DNA of 64,000 bases. Source: Candidatus Geocrenenecus huangii. GTDB taxonomy: Archaea > Thermoproteota > Nitrososphaeria_A > Caldarchaeales > Wolframiiraptoraceae. Within the stretch, counting starts at the first letter, position 1. The number at the start of each line of letters is the position of its first letter. Under the pieces are notes generated by a model, which was not told the origin of the DNA, did no database searches, and saw only the letters and a program-made list of their open reading frames with translations. Positions 1 to 9,900 of this stretch are shown here, one piece after another. Where the stretch lies: the NCBI GenBank assembly GCA_023254095.1, contig JALNLM010000004.1, forward strand, positions 41,359-105,358, written 5' to 3'. A program made the translations under genes and the position numbers.

Positions 1-465
1 GGATAACAGTATCTTCACGTCAGGATTCACTCTCTCAACTATGTCTCTAAGACTTCCTTCTTCAAGCTTCAATAGTACTCGGCCTCCTGATTCTACTACT
101 GGATATTTGTAGAGCTTCTCTACTAGGCCTTTGAATCTTTCGTATATTCTGGGAAGCTTTGTAGCGGGGTTAACATATATTATGTGGCCGCTTTGAGCTT
201 GAACATATGTCTCCACGTAGTTTGATTTGTTTAGAGGAGACCCAAGAATCTCCAGCAATGTGAAATGTGTGATGTCGGGTCTCCCCCTCTTCCACGCCTT
301 CTCAAGATTAAGCATAGCTGTGTGGTGGTAAGATCTATCTAGGAGCACTTCAGTAGGTTTTTTACCCCTTCTCCTGGCATATGAAACTACAGATGGATGG
401 TTAGCAATCTCTCTAGGGACAGGTTCTAGAGCAGCTTCGACAATTACAAAATATAGTTTCTCCAC
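1..465 (-). CDS. nep1: Nep1/Emg1 16S rRNA pseudouridine methyltransferase (runs off the window start)
   Basis: Manual translation from GTG at 465: MEKLYFVIVEAALEPVP...LLDRSYHH...RGRPDITHFTLL...LPRIYERFKGL, the characteristic Nep1 motifs; open to position 1. Confidence 0.9.
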   Translation of the reverse strand, partial: MEKLYFVIVEAALEPVPREIANHPSVVSYARRRGKKPTEVLLDRSYHHTAMLNLEKAWKRGRPDITHFTLLEILGSPLNKSNYVETYVQAQSGHIIYVNPATKLPRIYERFKGLVEKLYKYPVVESGGRVLLKLEEGSLRDIVERVNPDVKILLS

Positions 466-553
466 GCTGGCCCCCTAAAGAAAATAGCGAAGAAGAATAA
501 AATGATAAATTATTAAGGATGTTGTGTATCGAGTTAGGTAGGTAGCCGGCGGA

Positions 554-898
554 TTGGTTTCTAGGGAATTGAAGAAGATTGCTTTAGACAGGGTTTGCAG
601 GTTGATGGACTTTGCTAGAAAGCATGCAATTGAGAAACCTGAGATCGCGAGAGAAGCTGCATTATTGGCTATGCGTATAGCGCAGAAAGCTAGAGTTAGA
701 ATGCCCAGAAAATACAAGAGAATGTTCTGCAAAAAATGTGGAACGCTATTTTGGACACCATACTCTTTCACTGTAAGAATAAGAGATAGAAGAAGCACGC
801 ATATAGTAATAAAATGTTTAAAATGCGGATACATCAAGAGAATACCTGTAAAGAAGAGATCTAGATCAATATACAGAGCTCCTACTCAGAAAACATAA
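554..898 (+). CDS. rnp4: RNase P protein component 4 (Rpp21)
   Basis: IALDRV..L, KRMFCKKC ... CLKCG..KRIP zinc ribbon; next to rps19e. Confidence 0.92.
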   Translation: MVSRELKKIALDRVCRLMDFARKHAIEKPEIAREAALLAMRIAQKARVRMPRKYKRMFCKKCGTLFWTPYSFTVRIRDRRSTHIVIKCLKCGYIKRIPVKKRSRSIYRAPTQKT

Positions 899-1018
899 GG
901 GAGTAATAAAAAATAGGACCTATAACCTGATAAAACTCTAAAGGGCTCCCAGATTCAATTGAAACTTTGAAGTTTCAGATATATTTAATAATAGATGAAT
1001 GAAGTTTTTCACTAAAGG

Positions 1019-1456
1019 ATGGTGTCCCCAGTGTCTTCGGTTGATGCATGGAAGCTGATAGAGAAAGTTGCAAACTACTTAAAAGATAATAAAGTTATCG
1101 AGCCCCCTCCTTGGGCTATGTTCGTTAAGACGGGGGTTCATAAGGAGCGCCCTCCACAAAACCCCGATTGGTGGTATATTAGAGCTGCATCCATCATGAG
1201 GAAGCTATACTTGAAAGGACCCCTCGGAGTATCTAGGTTGAGGACGTTCTATGGAGGTAAGCATAGGCTAGGTCATCATCCACCTAAATTCGCTAAAGGC
1301 GGCGGTTCAGTGATCAGGAAAATCATACAACAACTTGAAGCCGCTGGATTAATGGAGAAAGCAGATAGGAAGGGTAGAAGATTAACTAGTAAGGGTAGAG
1401 AACTCTTAGAAGAGGCGGCTAAAGCCATAATAAAAACAGAAGCACGAAAAACATAA
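1019..1456 (+). CDS. rps19e: 30S ribosomal protein S19e
   Basis: PPWAMFVKTGVHKERPP..DWWYIRAASIMRKLY signature. Confidence 0.97.
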   Translation: MVSPVSSVDAWKLIEKVANYLKDNKVIEPPPWAMFVKTGVHKERPPQNPDWWYIRAASIMRKLYLKGPLGVSRLRTFYGGKHRLGHHPPKFAKGGGSVIRKIIQQLEAAGLMEKADRKGRRLTSKGRELLEEAAKAIIKTEARKT

Positions 1457-1709
1457 CTCCACGGAAATAGTCTATAAGATATGTATTCTCGATTGTTAGA
1501 ATACGCTACTTATCCGTAGCTAGAAAAGGAATTCGAACCCACCTATTAGAATATTATCTCAACGTGTAACCTGCTCCATCTATGAGAAGCCTGCCTAGAT
1601 TAACGATAAACGTACCTACCTCTACTAAACGCTATGATAGAAATGGGAAAGCTATAGTTTAGTTAGATAATCTTTAAACTATCCTTTGTCTGATATTATG
1701 TGGGTGGAA

Positions 1710-2039
1710 ATGACTATCCCTATTGATGAAGATGAGTTGGAGAAGATTAGAATGAAGAAGATGATGGAACTTCAGCAGAAAGCCGCTGAAGAAGAAAAGA
1801 GAAAGAGGGAAGAAGAAAAAACTGCTGCTCTACGTATCATTCTCACTCCAGAGGCTAGACAGAGGCTTGCAAATCTACGTCTCGTTAGACCTGAGCTTGT
1901 AGAACAGCTCGAAGAACATTTAATTAGAATTGCTCAAACTGGCAGAATAAATCTACCGATAACGGATGAGATACTTAAAGAAATATTGAAGAAACTAGAT
2001 TCTGAAAGAAGAAGAGAAATACGGATAATTAGGAAGTAG
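1710..2039 (+). CDS. PDCD5-family DNA-binding protein
   Basis: DEELEKIR...LTPEARQRLANLRLVRPE motif; conserved rps19e-rpl39e context; ATG at 1710 preferred over TTG at 1686. Confidence 0.9.
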   Translation: MTIPIDEDELEKIRMKKMMELQQKAAEEEKRKREEEKTAALRIILTPEARQRLANLRLVRPELVEQLEEHLIRIAQTGRINLPITDEILKEILKKLDSERRREIRIIRK

Positions 2040-2147
2040 TATCCCAGCTTGTATAAATATGAAAAAGTTCATACCCAGTAGGCAGCCTAGTATCGATCCT
2101 TAAAGATTATACTCATATACAAGTTCTTCCATGGATTTTAGGAAGAG

Positions 2148-2303
2148 ATGACCATTCGTACTCTCGCTTTAAAGAAGAAACTATCGAAAGCTTTGAGGAG
2201 GGCTTGGCCTGTTCCTGCATGGGTTATAGTCAAGACCAGACGTAAATTTAGAACTCACTCTAAATCTAGGCATTGGAGGAGAAGCGGTAAAATAAAGACC
2301 TAG
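2148..2303 (+). CDS. rpl39e: 50S ribosomal protein L39e (not in the ORF track)
   Basis: Manual translation MTIRTLALKKKLSKALRRAWPVPAWVIVKTRRKFRTHSKSRHWRRSGKIKT; directly upstream of rpl31e. Confidence 0.95.
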   Translation: MTIRTLALKKKLSKALRRAWPVPAWVIVKTRRKFRTHSKSRHWRRSGKIKT

Positions 2304-2318
2304 AAATGGTGATGCTAG

Positions 2319-2603
2319 ATGAGCGAGATAGAGATCGAGAGAGAATACGTTATTCCGTTAAGAGATGCCTATGAGGCTTCTAGAACTAGAAGAGCTAGAA
2401 GAGCCATAAACATAATTAAGGAATTTGCGAGAAGACACATGAAAGCAGAGATTGTAAAGATCTCTAACAAAGTAAATAGCCTAATATGGAGTAGAGGTAT
2501 AAAGAAACCACCCAGAAGAATAAAAGTAGTTATGAGAAAAGATAAGGAAGGAGTAGTAGAAGTACTACTCCCAGCAGAGGCAAAAGAAGAGAAGAAAGAG
2601 TAA
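2319..2603 (+). CDS. rpl31e: 50S ribosomal protein L31e
   Basis: EREYVIPLR...RARRA...IWSRGIKKPPRRIKV. Confidence 0.96.
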   Translation: MSEIEIEREYVIPLRDAYEASRTRRARRAINIIKEFARRHMKAEIVKISNKVNSLIWSRGIKKPPRRIKVVMRKDKEGVVEVLLPAEAKEEKKE

Positions 2604-2606
2604 AGG

Positions 2607-3548
2607 CTATAACTCATTCATATCCTTGATTATTTTCTTCGCTATCTTCTTTGAAAGTGGTGGAGGGACAGCTTCACCTACCTGGTCAAACTGTCTATCA
2701 ACTCCACCGTAAAAAACGTGATTATCTGGGAAACCCATAAGCCTAGCTTGTTCCCTAACAGTGAGAAGCCTATGCTCGTATGGATGAATGAACCTAGCTT
2801 TACCATATATTGTGGGAGCAATCTTCTTAGGGTTTAGCCTAGTCCAGTTATATCTTATATTTCCTCTACCATCTCTAAACTTGTATAATGATTGACCCCA
2901 TCTAAGCCTCTTAATCCTCGACAAACGACTCTTCCCAATACTTATTATGGAATGATTCGGGAGAGAACCCGGCGGAGGTAGATCACCCAATACTTCTTGA
3001 ACACACTTTGGAGTCTCCTCCATCCCCGAGAGATCAATCTCAAGATTGGATATGAATACTCTCCTACGTCTAGAGGGTGTACCATACTTCTCCGCTTCCA
3101 ACATATTAAAGTGGGTTTCGTAGCCAACCCTATTGAATATTTTCCTGATCATGGATCCCAACGGCTCAGAGACAAGCTCAGGCACATTCTCTAAAATATA
3201 GATTCTGGGCTTAAGCTCGTCCACTAGTCTAGTGAACTCTAGGACGAGTCTTCCCTGTCGGTCTGTGAATAGTCTATCATATGGATCAACCATTCTTTTA
3301 GGGTTTATGCTTGTAAATGGTTCGCATGGTGGGCCACCGATTACAACATCTACTTCCCCTACCGTCTTCAGTATGTCTCTTCCAGATATTCTTTTAACAT
3401 CTTCAGCGAATACTATTGCATCTGGGAAGTTCGCTCTATACGTTTTAACTACGTGAGGATGGTTTTCTATTGCTGCTAGAATGCAGTTCCTAAAACCTAG
3501 GCTAAATCCTCCAGCTCCACTGTATACGTCTAGAATTTTTAAGTTCAA
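2607..3548 (-). CDS. DNA (cytosine-5)-methyltransferase, no adjacent endonuclease
   Basis: Motif I (YSGAGG), IV (GGPPCEPF), VI (ENV), VIII (PSRRRRVF), IX-X (LTVREQARLMGFP...QVGEAVPP). Confidence 0.92.
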   Translation of the reverse strand: MNLKILDVYSGAGGFSLGFRNCILAAIENHPHVVKTYRANFPDAIVFAEDVKRISGRDILKTVGEVDVVIGGPPCEPFTSINPKRMVDPYDRLFTDRQGRLVLEFTRLVDELKPRIYILENVPELVSEPLGSMIRKIFNRVGYETHFNMLEAEKYGTPSRRRRVFISNLEIDLSGMEETPKCVQEVLGDLPPPGSLPNHSIISIGKSRLSRIKRLRWGQSLYKFRDGRGNIRYNWTRLNPKKIAPTIYGKARFIHPYEHRLLTVREQARLMGFPDNHVFYGGVDRQFDQVGEAVPPPLSKKIAKKIIKDMNEL

Positions 3549-3698
3549 TAATCAGCGTTAGGATCATAGTGTAGCCAAAATTTTAACATAATCCCACTCT
3601 TTACGTTTACCTGACTATTGGGAATATCGATATTTCAAGCTGTATCGATGTTTTAATCTTTTACTTATTTAGCTTAACCTTATGGATAATCTTTCTTC

Positions 3699-5156
3699 TT
3701 AATCGTGGAGAGCTGGGACTCCCTTTATGATTATTGATACGATTGGGTAGTTCAGGAACCCTAGTATTATTACTAGGAGTAACAGTATGCTCATCGGAGC
3801 TATCATTGTTGACGGAGCATCATGGATTTTGGACAAGTCGTGTTTAGGTTGTAGGAAGAAGACCGCTCTAATCATTCTTAGATAGTATCCAGCTGTTAGA
3901 GCAGTGTTCGCTATAGCTATAGCCGTATAGACCGTTAGACCTGCGTCGACGCCTCCGCTAAATATCATCCATTCACTTGCAAATCCTCCGAGGGGGGGTG
4001 TACCGGCAATAGATAAGGCTCCGACGAGCATGGCAGTGACGGTTATAGGCATTCGGGAAGCTAGCCCTCCCAGCTTATTCAAGTCTCTTTCATTCACTAC
4101 GTGGATTATTACTCCCGAGCACATAAAGAGGAGGCCTTTAGCAAATCCGTGATTCAGCACATGGAATATTCCTCCGGCTACACCTATTGGGGCTAGGGAC
4201 ACTAATCCAAACAATATGTATCCTACCTGGCTAATGCTACTGTATGCTAGGATTCTCTTAACGTCTGTCTGGACCAGGGCCATGATCCCTCCCCATATCA
4301 TGGATATTAATGCGAGAATGATTACCGGGATATTGATTAACGGTATAAGCTGATTGAATAATCCTATTAGTATTCTGACGATAAGGTATGCTCCAGTCTT
4401 TATCATCACGCCACTTAACAATACACTTATAGGTGTTGGAGCTTCAGCGTGAGCATCGGGGAGCCATGTATGAAATGGGAAGACGGCCATTTTAACAGCC
4501 GCACCGATAAAGATTAAGATAGCTATGTAGAGGTTCTCAGTTCTCTCTGTCATGAGTGTTGACAACTGTGAGATCTCGAGAGTGCCATGTAATGCATAGA
4601 TCCAGATTATGCCGAATAGCATGGCTAATGCTCCAGCATGAGTGAATACGAAGTACTTGAAGCCAATTACTCTAGGTCTCCCTGTACCCCAGTAGGCTAT
4701 GAGGAAGTAGCTTGGGATAAGCATGAGCTCCCAAAATATGTAGAGGAGAAATAGGTTTGTAGCTAAAACTACTCCGAGCATCCCTGCGTTGAACATTAGA
4801 AGTAAAGCCATGTAGGCCGCATATCCATGCTCATGCTCCATATACTTCGTAGAGTATATCGTTGCGAGGAAGCCCATTAAAGAGATAAGTAGAGCGAAAG
4901 GATAGCTGGTTGAATCTAGTAGAAATCCGAGTCTAAGATTAAATGCAGGAATCCATGAATATTCTTCGTAGACCCGTTGTCCACTGTAGATAGTGTTGAA
5001 GAAGTATGCGACAATTACGAACGGGATGGCTGAGATAATTATGCTTAAAGTGTCTCCAAGCTTTTTTGAATTATTGGTGGCTATGTAGATTAGTGGGGAG
5101 AGTATCAGCTGGATGAAGACCGCGATGCTTAGTTGGAAGCTACTCACTATATCCAT
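3699..5156 (-). CDS. NuoM/MrpD-like proton-translocating membrane subunit
   Basis: FWELMLIP, KMAVFPFHTWLPDAHAEAP, KRILAYSSISQ; many TM helices. Confidence 0.88.
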   Translation of the reverse strand: MDIVSSFQLSIAVFIQLILSPLIYIATNNSKKLGDTLSIIISAIPFVIVAYFFNTIYSGQRVYEEYSWIPAFNLRLGFLLDSTSYPFALLISLMGFLATIYSTKYMEHEHGYAAYMALLLMFNAGMLGVVLATNLFLLYIFWELMLIPSYFLIAYWGTGRPRVIGFKYFVFTHAGALAMLFGIIWIYALHGTLEISQLSTLMTERTENLYIAILIFIGAAVKMAVFPFHTWLPDAHAEAPTPISVLLSGVMIKTGAYLIVRILIGLFNQLIPLINIPVIILALISMIWGGIMALVQTDVKRILAYSSISQVGYILFGLVSLAPIGVAGGIFHVLNHGFAKGLLFMCSGVIIHVVNERDLNKLGGLASRMPITVTAMLVGALSIAGTPPLGGFASEWMIFSGGVDAGLTVYTAIAIANTALTAGYYLRMIRAVFFLQPKHDLSKIHDAPSTMIAPMSILLLLVIILGFLNYPIVSIIIKGVPALHD

Positions 5157-7073
5157 TTACCACAACCCTCCATAGAGGAACGTTAAGAATATTATGATTA
5201 AGACAGCTACACCTAGGAGTAGCCCTCCGATATTTATGTTGCTACTGCCAGTCTGTATATTCCTCAAGATATTTACAGCGCTCTTAACATTATCAGCAAC
5301 CAAGTAGTTAAATCTATCAATGCCCCCATCTTCTATGCTCCTCCTCAAGATGCTTGAAAACCATATAAAGCCATCAATGATCTTGTAGTATAATGCGTCA
5401 ATGTAGTACCTATTGCTGAGTATCTTATGGAGCGTGTATCCGAAGCCGCCCGCCCTAAAATATTCAGGAGGAATGATCTTACTGAAGTAGACAACGTATA
5501 CCGTTATAGCTCCCGAGATGATTATTCCAGCTGATGTAAGTAATGTTGGTAGACTCGTAGTGTGATGCATATGCATTCCTAGGTAATCTGGGAACCCATG
5601 TATTATTTCTGAGACTATTCCTGAAATAGTTGCACCTACTGCCAAGACTATTAAGGGTATAGTCATGATGGGCGGGGATTCATGTAGGTGGCCGTGACCA
5701 CCTCCATGATTATGATGATTAGAGGGAGCGAGGAATATCTTGTAGATCCATCTAAGAATGTAGATAAATGTGAGGATGGATGTAAAAGTGATTAATAGGT
5801 AGATTGGAAGGTTCCCAGCCTCTAGCGCTGCCTCAATTATCAAGTCTTTACTGAAGAATCCGGAGAAAGGAGGTATACCCGCTAATGCAAGCGCTCCAAC
5901 CATTGATGTCGAGAATGTTATTGGCATTACTTTTACGAGTCCACCCATTTCATCGATGTTTGTTGTTCCAACTGCGTGCATGACGGAGCCTGCGGCCAAG
6001 AATAGTAATGCTTTGAAAAGTGAATGGTTAAGTATGTGGAATGTGCTGGCCACCCATCCTAGCTCAGAAGCTAGTCCGAGAGATGCAAGCATCAATCCGA
6101 GCTGGCTGATAGTAGAATATGCTATCACCCTCTTGATATCCGTCATGACCAAACCCATCGTTGCAGCAAAGAACGCTGTTACTGCACCTATGTAAGCTAC
6201 CGTTAGATACCATTGATGAAGTGTGGCTGGGGGAAATTCTTCAAAAGGTATGATCGTTAAAGTTAAACGTGCTGTCAGATATATTCCAGCCTTAACCATA
6301 GTAGCCGCATGTATCAATGCGCTTACGGGCGTGGGGCCTTCCATAGCGTCGGGAAGCCAAACGTGTAGAGGTATTTGAGCAGATTTACCCACAGCTCCAC
6401 CGAATAGTAAGATAAGGATTAAAGTCAGTAATGGTAGGCCTACTGTGCCTTCTCTTAACCCGTGTGCAAGAGCGTGGCTTATCTCTGAGTAGTTAAACGT
6501 GCCGAACATCGAGAAAAGTATCACTATTCCTATAAGCATCATCACATCTCCTATCCTAGTAGTTATGAACGCCTTGATGCCTGCATGAGCTGCCTCAGGC
6601 TTCCTGTAGTAGAATCCTATTAATGCATACGAACATAATCCTACTATCTCCCAGAAAATATATGTTTGTAGAAAGTTGTCAGCCATTACAAGCCCTGTCA
6701 TCCCTCCGATGAAGAAGACCATGAAGAAATAGTATCTAGGTAATCCTTCTTCATGAGACATATACCCTACCGAATAGACGATGATCCAGGCGCCGATGAA
6801 CGTGGCGATAGAAGCCATTAATACTGAGAGTGGATCTACTAGGACTCCTGCTTCTATGAATCCCCTCGGAGTAGGAATCCAAGGAAAACTCTCAACCCAT
6901 GACTTTCCACCCCAGACATCGGGAATCATTGAGAGAGCAAAGAATGAAGCAAGGAAAACTACTGTTATAGAATATGCTTCTCCTACTCTTTTACCAAGTT
7001 TAAAGAATAATGGAACAAATACGCATCCGATAAGCGGGATTACCCATGAAAGCCAAGGCGAATATGGAAGCAA
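5157..7073 (-). CDS. nuoL: NuoL/MrpA-like proton-translocating membrane subunit
   Basis: GKSAQIPLHVWLPDAMEGPTPVSALIHAATMV, DIKRVIAYSTISQLG, GFFSKD, C-terminal lateral-helix region. Confidence 0.88.
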   Translation of the reverse strand: MLPYSPWLSWVIPLIGCVFVPLFFKLGKRVGEAYSITVVFLASFFALSMIPDVWGGKSWVESFPWIPTPRGFIEAGVLVDPLSVLMASIATFIGAWIIVYSVGYMSHEEGLPRYYFFMVFFIGGMTGLVMADNFLQTYIFWEIVGLCSYALIGFYYRKPEAAHAGIKAFITTRIGDVMMLIGIVILFSMFGTFNYSEISHALAHGLREGTVGLPLLTLILILLFGGAVGKSAQIPLHVWLPDAMEGPTPVSALIHAATMVKAGIYLTARLTLTIIPFEEFPPATLHQWYLTVAYIGAVTAFFAATMGLVMTDIKRVIAYSTISQLGLMLASLGLASELGWVASTFHILNHSLFKALLFLAAGSVMHAVGTTNIDEMGGLVKVMPITFSTSMVGALALAGIPPFSGFFSKDLIIEAALEAGNLPIYLLITFTSILTFIYILRWIYKIFLAPSNHHNHGGGHGHLHESPPIMTIPLIVLAVGATISGIVSEIIHGFPDYLGMHMHHTTSLPTLLTSAGIIISGAITVYVVYFSKIIPPEYFRAGGFGYTLHKILSNRYYIDALYYKIIDGFIWFSSILRRSIEDGGIDRFNYLVADNVKSAVNILRNIQTGSSNINIGGLLLGVAVLIIIFLTFLYGGLW

Positions 7074-7292
7074 TAATCTTCACCGACCTCATACCATATA
7101 GATGAGCCATCATTTAGATTTTTCTTATGGAACGATCATCCAACTCGAGATACAGGTTTTAGGCTATCAAGTTAAAGGTCGGCTCATTCATGAATGATGA
7201 GACAGTATCCTCCTATCAATTAATAACCTAATCAAATAAGCCAGACAGACTCTTATCCAAACTCATAGATGAAATAGGAGATATACCTTAAC

Positions 7293-7917
7293 TTGACAGT
7301 AATAATGCAAAAGAAAAACTTTAAAATCCATAGTACAATCTTGAATGAGAACAATGAGCATAAGAAAACCTCACTTTTCAAGATATACAGAAGAAAGCAG
7401 ATAAGCTACGTGAGCTATTTCAGAAGTTTCCTTCTTGGCAGTCTTCTGAAAGCTTTCTTTTTTAAAAACGAGTTCGCTCCATTAATCGCTACTATATGTG
7501 ATGAACAAATAAGGTCTGAAGATGCATGGAGTTTTCCTGAATGGTTAAATAATAAGTTAGGGACGCTTGAACTATCTGAGCTGTGTAAATTGGAGCGCAA
7601 GGAGTTCAAGAAGTATTTGGAGGGGTATTTAAATGTAAAGTGGCCGAGCGGCATGAAGAAAGAAGATAGACGAAAATATCTGGAAAAGACTTCACAGCAT
7701 TTGTATAATGCCCTTAACTTTTTCTCGCGAGAAGGGAAGACGCCAGTAACGATGTTTGAGAATAGGGAATATTCGTCTCTTGAAATCTACTTTATGTTAA
7801 GAAGATTGCCTGGGTTTGGTCCAAAGAAGGCTAGCATGATAACTAGAGACTGAATATTGTCACGAAAGAAATCCTAACTGCGATGGATGCCCAATTGTAG
7901 AGACTAGTGGATTATGA
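7293..7917 (+). pseudogene. HhH-GPD/endonuclease III-like DNA glycosylase, internally deleted and frameshifted
   Basis: ORF stops just after the HhH motif LPGFGPKKASM; another frame at 7852-7917 reads EYCHERNPNCDGCPIVETS, an Fe-S loop of the Cx6Cx2Cx5C type with the last Cys as Ser. Confidence 0.7.
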
Positions 7918-7962
7918 TTAGAGAATAGTTAATACTACAATTTTCAAAATTATTAAGAAGAG

Positions 7963-8823
7963 TTGAGAAGGCGTTTCTATATTCTTCAGGGTGGGCTCGC
8001 AGGATTCTTCTTTGGTACTTCAGCCATCTTTATCCGTTATCTACCTCTTATGGATTCTTTTACGATAGGCTTCTATAGGCTCATGATCGCTACAACGATC
8101 TTGACGGCTTTATCCGGAATATTCTACAAGACAGCTTTAGTTGAAACTTTCAAGGATAGAGGTTTCAGAGCATCCCTGCTTGGAGTAGTTATCGGTGGGC
8201 ATTTTGCAGCATATATTAGTTCCGTTAAACATACAACCATTATGAATGCAACCGTCTTAACAAATACGACCCCAATATTTGCATCGGTCTTCTCATGGAT
8301 CTTTTACAGTGTTAGGCCGAGTCTCAGAAGCGGGTTAGGGATCACGATATCCTTAATCGGCATGATCACGATATTCTGGAGGGCTGGAGACAGAGGCGCA
8401 AACATCGTCGGAGACATTGAGGCAGTTGTTGCAGCATTACTATGGGCGTTATATCTCGTTTTCGGGAGGGAAGTAAGGATTAAGTCTCATCCAATAACGA
8501 TAATGATCCCAATATATATCTCATCCTCCATCCTGCTAGTATTCTCCGGGCTCATCTTCGGGGATCCTAGGCTACCTCTAGTAGACGAGGTTCCAGCTAT
8601 ACTTGGATTAGCGGTTTTCCCAACAACTCTAGGTCATACACTCTCCTTTAGTTCTCTTAAGGGGTTACAACCATACCAGACAGCTATACTATCATTGCTA
8701 GAGCCGGTCGTGGCAACGCTCCTCGCGATACCATTATTCAACGAGGTGCCTACAATTGACGCATTGCTGGGCGCATCGTTGATATTCGCTGGAATATATC
8801 TGGTCGTGAGCTTAGAGCGTTAA
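7963..8823 (+). CDS. EamA/DMT family transporter
   Basis: About ten hydrophobic helices, duplicated architecture, LLEPVVATLLA...NEVP. Confidence 0.9.
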   Translation: MRRRFYILQGGLAGFFFGTSAIFIRYLPLMDSFTIGFYRLMIATTILTALSGIFYKTALVETFKDRGFRASLLGVVIGGHFAAYISSVKHTTIMNATVLTNTTPIFASVFSWIFYSVRPSLRSGLGITISLIGMITIFWRAGDRGANIVGDIEAVVAALLWALYLVFGREVRIKSHPITIMIPIYISSSILLVFSGLIFGDPRLPLVDEVPAILGLAVFPTTLGHTLSFSSLKGLQPYQTAILSLLEPVVATLLAIPLFNEVPTIDALLGASLIFAGIYLVVSLER

Positions 8824-9815
8824 CCATACTCTTTGGATAACTCTTTTAGATACTTCTTTAGTAACGCGTAGACTGCAGAATTATCTTGTAGAGCCAATCC
8901 TACACTTTTGAATACGGTTATTTCCTCCTCGCTTGTTCTACCAGGCTTAGCCCCTGAGACTATTTCTCCTAGCTCAGCATATATCTTATCCTCTGAATAT
9001 CTTCCCTCTCTTATAGGTATGATGATGTCTCCAGCTTCTGAGAGAGCCGCCTCCCTCATATCTACAACTACTTTCGCATTAACTATGGTTTCTGTATCTA
9101 TCTCTCTCATATCAGGAGTATATGCCCCTATAGCGTTCATGTGGACTCCTGGTTTAAGCCATTCTCTCCTAACTACGGGGGTGCTGCTGGTTGTCGCGGT
9201 ACATATTATGTCAGCTTTCTCTACTGCTTCCCTAGCGCTATTCACTACCTCGACCTCTACACCCAGCTTACGGCTCATCTCTTCAGCGAACTTCTCAGCT
9301 CTATCAGCAACTATGTCATACGAATATATCTTCTTTATCTTTCTTACTTCTTTAACGCCTGCAGCTTGCGTTCTAGCTTGAAAACCACATCCAATTATTG
9401 CCAATACTTCAGCATCTTTTCTAGAGAGATATTTTGTGGCCACGCCGCTTATCGCGCCTGTTCTAAGAGCCGTTAGATAACCTGCCTCTATCACTCCTAT
9501 AGGTACTCCTCTAACAGCATCAACGGCTACTATCAGAGCATGAATAGTCGGTAAACCGATCTCTACATTCTTTGAGTAGACTGAGACTATCTTATTCGTG
9601 TAGAGGTTAAACTCCTCTATTAGGCACGGCATGGACAGTATGTCTCCATCGTAGGTTGGGCTTCTAACCCTCACTCTTAGAGGAAGTACGACATTACCTC
9701 TAGCAAGAGACCTGAATGCTTCCTCAAGAGCATTTATAACCTCCTTCATAGTTAGAATTCTCTCAACATCTCTCTCCGACAGATAGAGCATAGACCCCCA
9801 ATCATCAATGGACAA
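8820..9815 (-). CDS. Ornithine cyclodeaminase/mu-crystallin family (archaeal alanine dehydrogenase-like)
   Basis: LTALRTGA, IIGCGFQA, FKSVGLALQD. Confidence 0.9.
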   Translation of the reverse strand: MSIDDWGSMLYLSERDVERILTMKEVINALEEAFRSLARGNVVLPLRVRVRSPTYDGDILSMPCLIEEFNLYTNKIVSVYSKNVEIGLPTIHALIVAVDAVRGVPIGVIEAGYLTALRTGAISGVATKYLSRKDAEVLAIIGCGFQARTQAAGVKEVRKIKKIYSYDIVADRAEKFAEEMSRKLGVEVEVVNSAREAVEKADIICTATTSSTPVVRREWLKPGVHMNAIGAYTPDMREIDTETIVNAKVVVDMREAALSEAGDIIIPIREGRYSEDKIYAELGEIVSGAKPGRTSEEEITVFKSVGLALQDNSAVYALLKKYLKELSKEYG

Positions 9816-9900
9816 CCTGTAGATAAATCTATTATGGGATCATGAAAAGCGTCCTTAAATAAAGATAATTAATTGCTTCCTAATCGTTTATCGAGGAGTC

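Noticed and set aside
925-965. ATAAAACTCTAAAG...AATTGAAAC resembling a Thermococcales-type CRISPR repeat
   Set aside because: Single copy, needs a large insertion to align, and overlaps the promoter palindrome
1500-1650. Minus-strand GGTGGGTTCGAATTCC resembling a tRNA T-arm
   Set aside because: The T-stem pairs poorly and no acceptor or anticodon stem can be built; at most a relic
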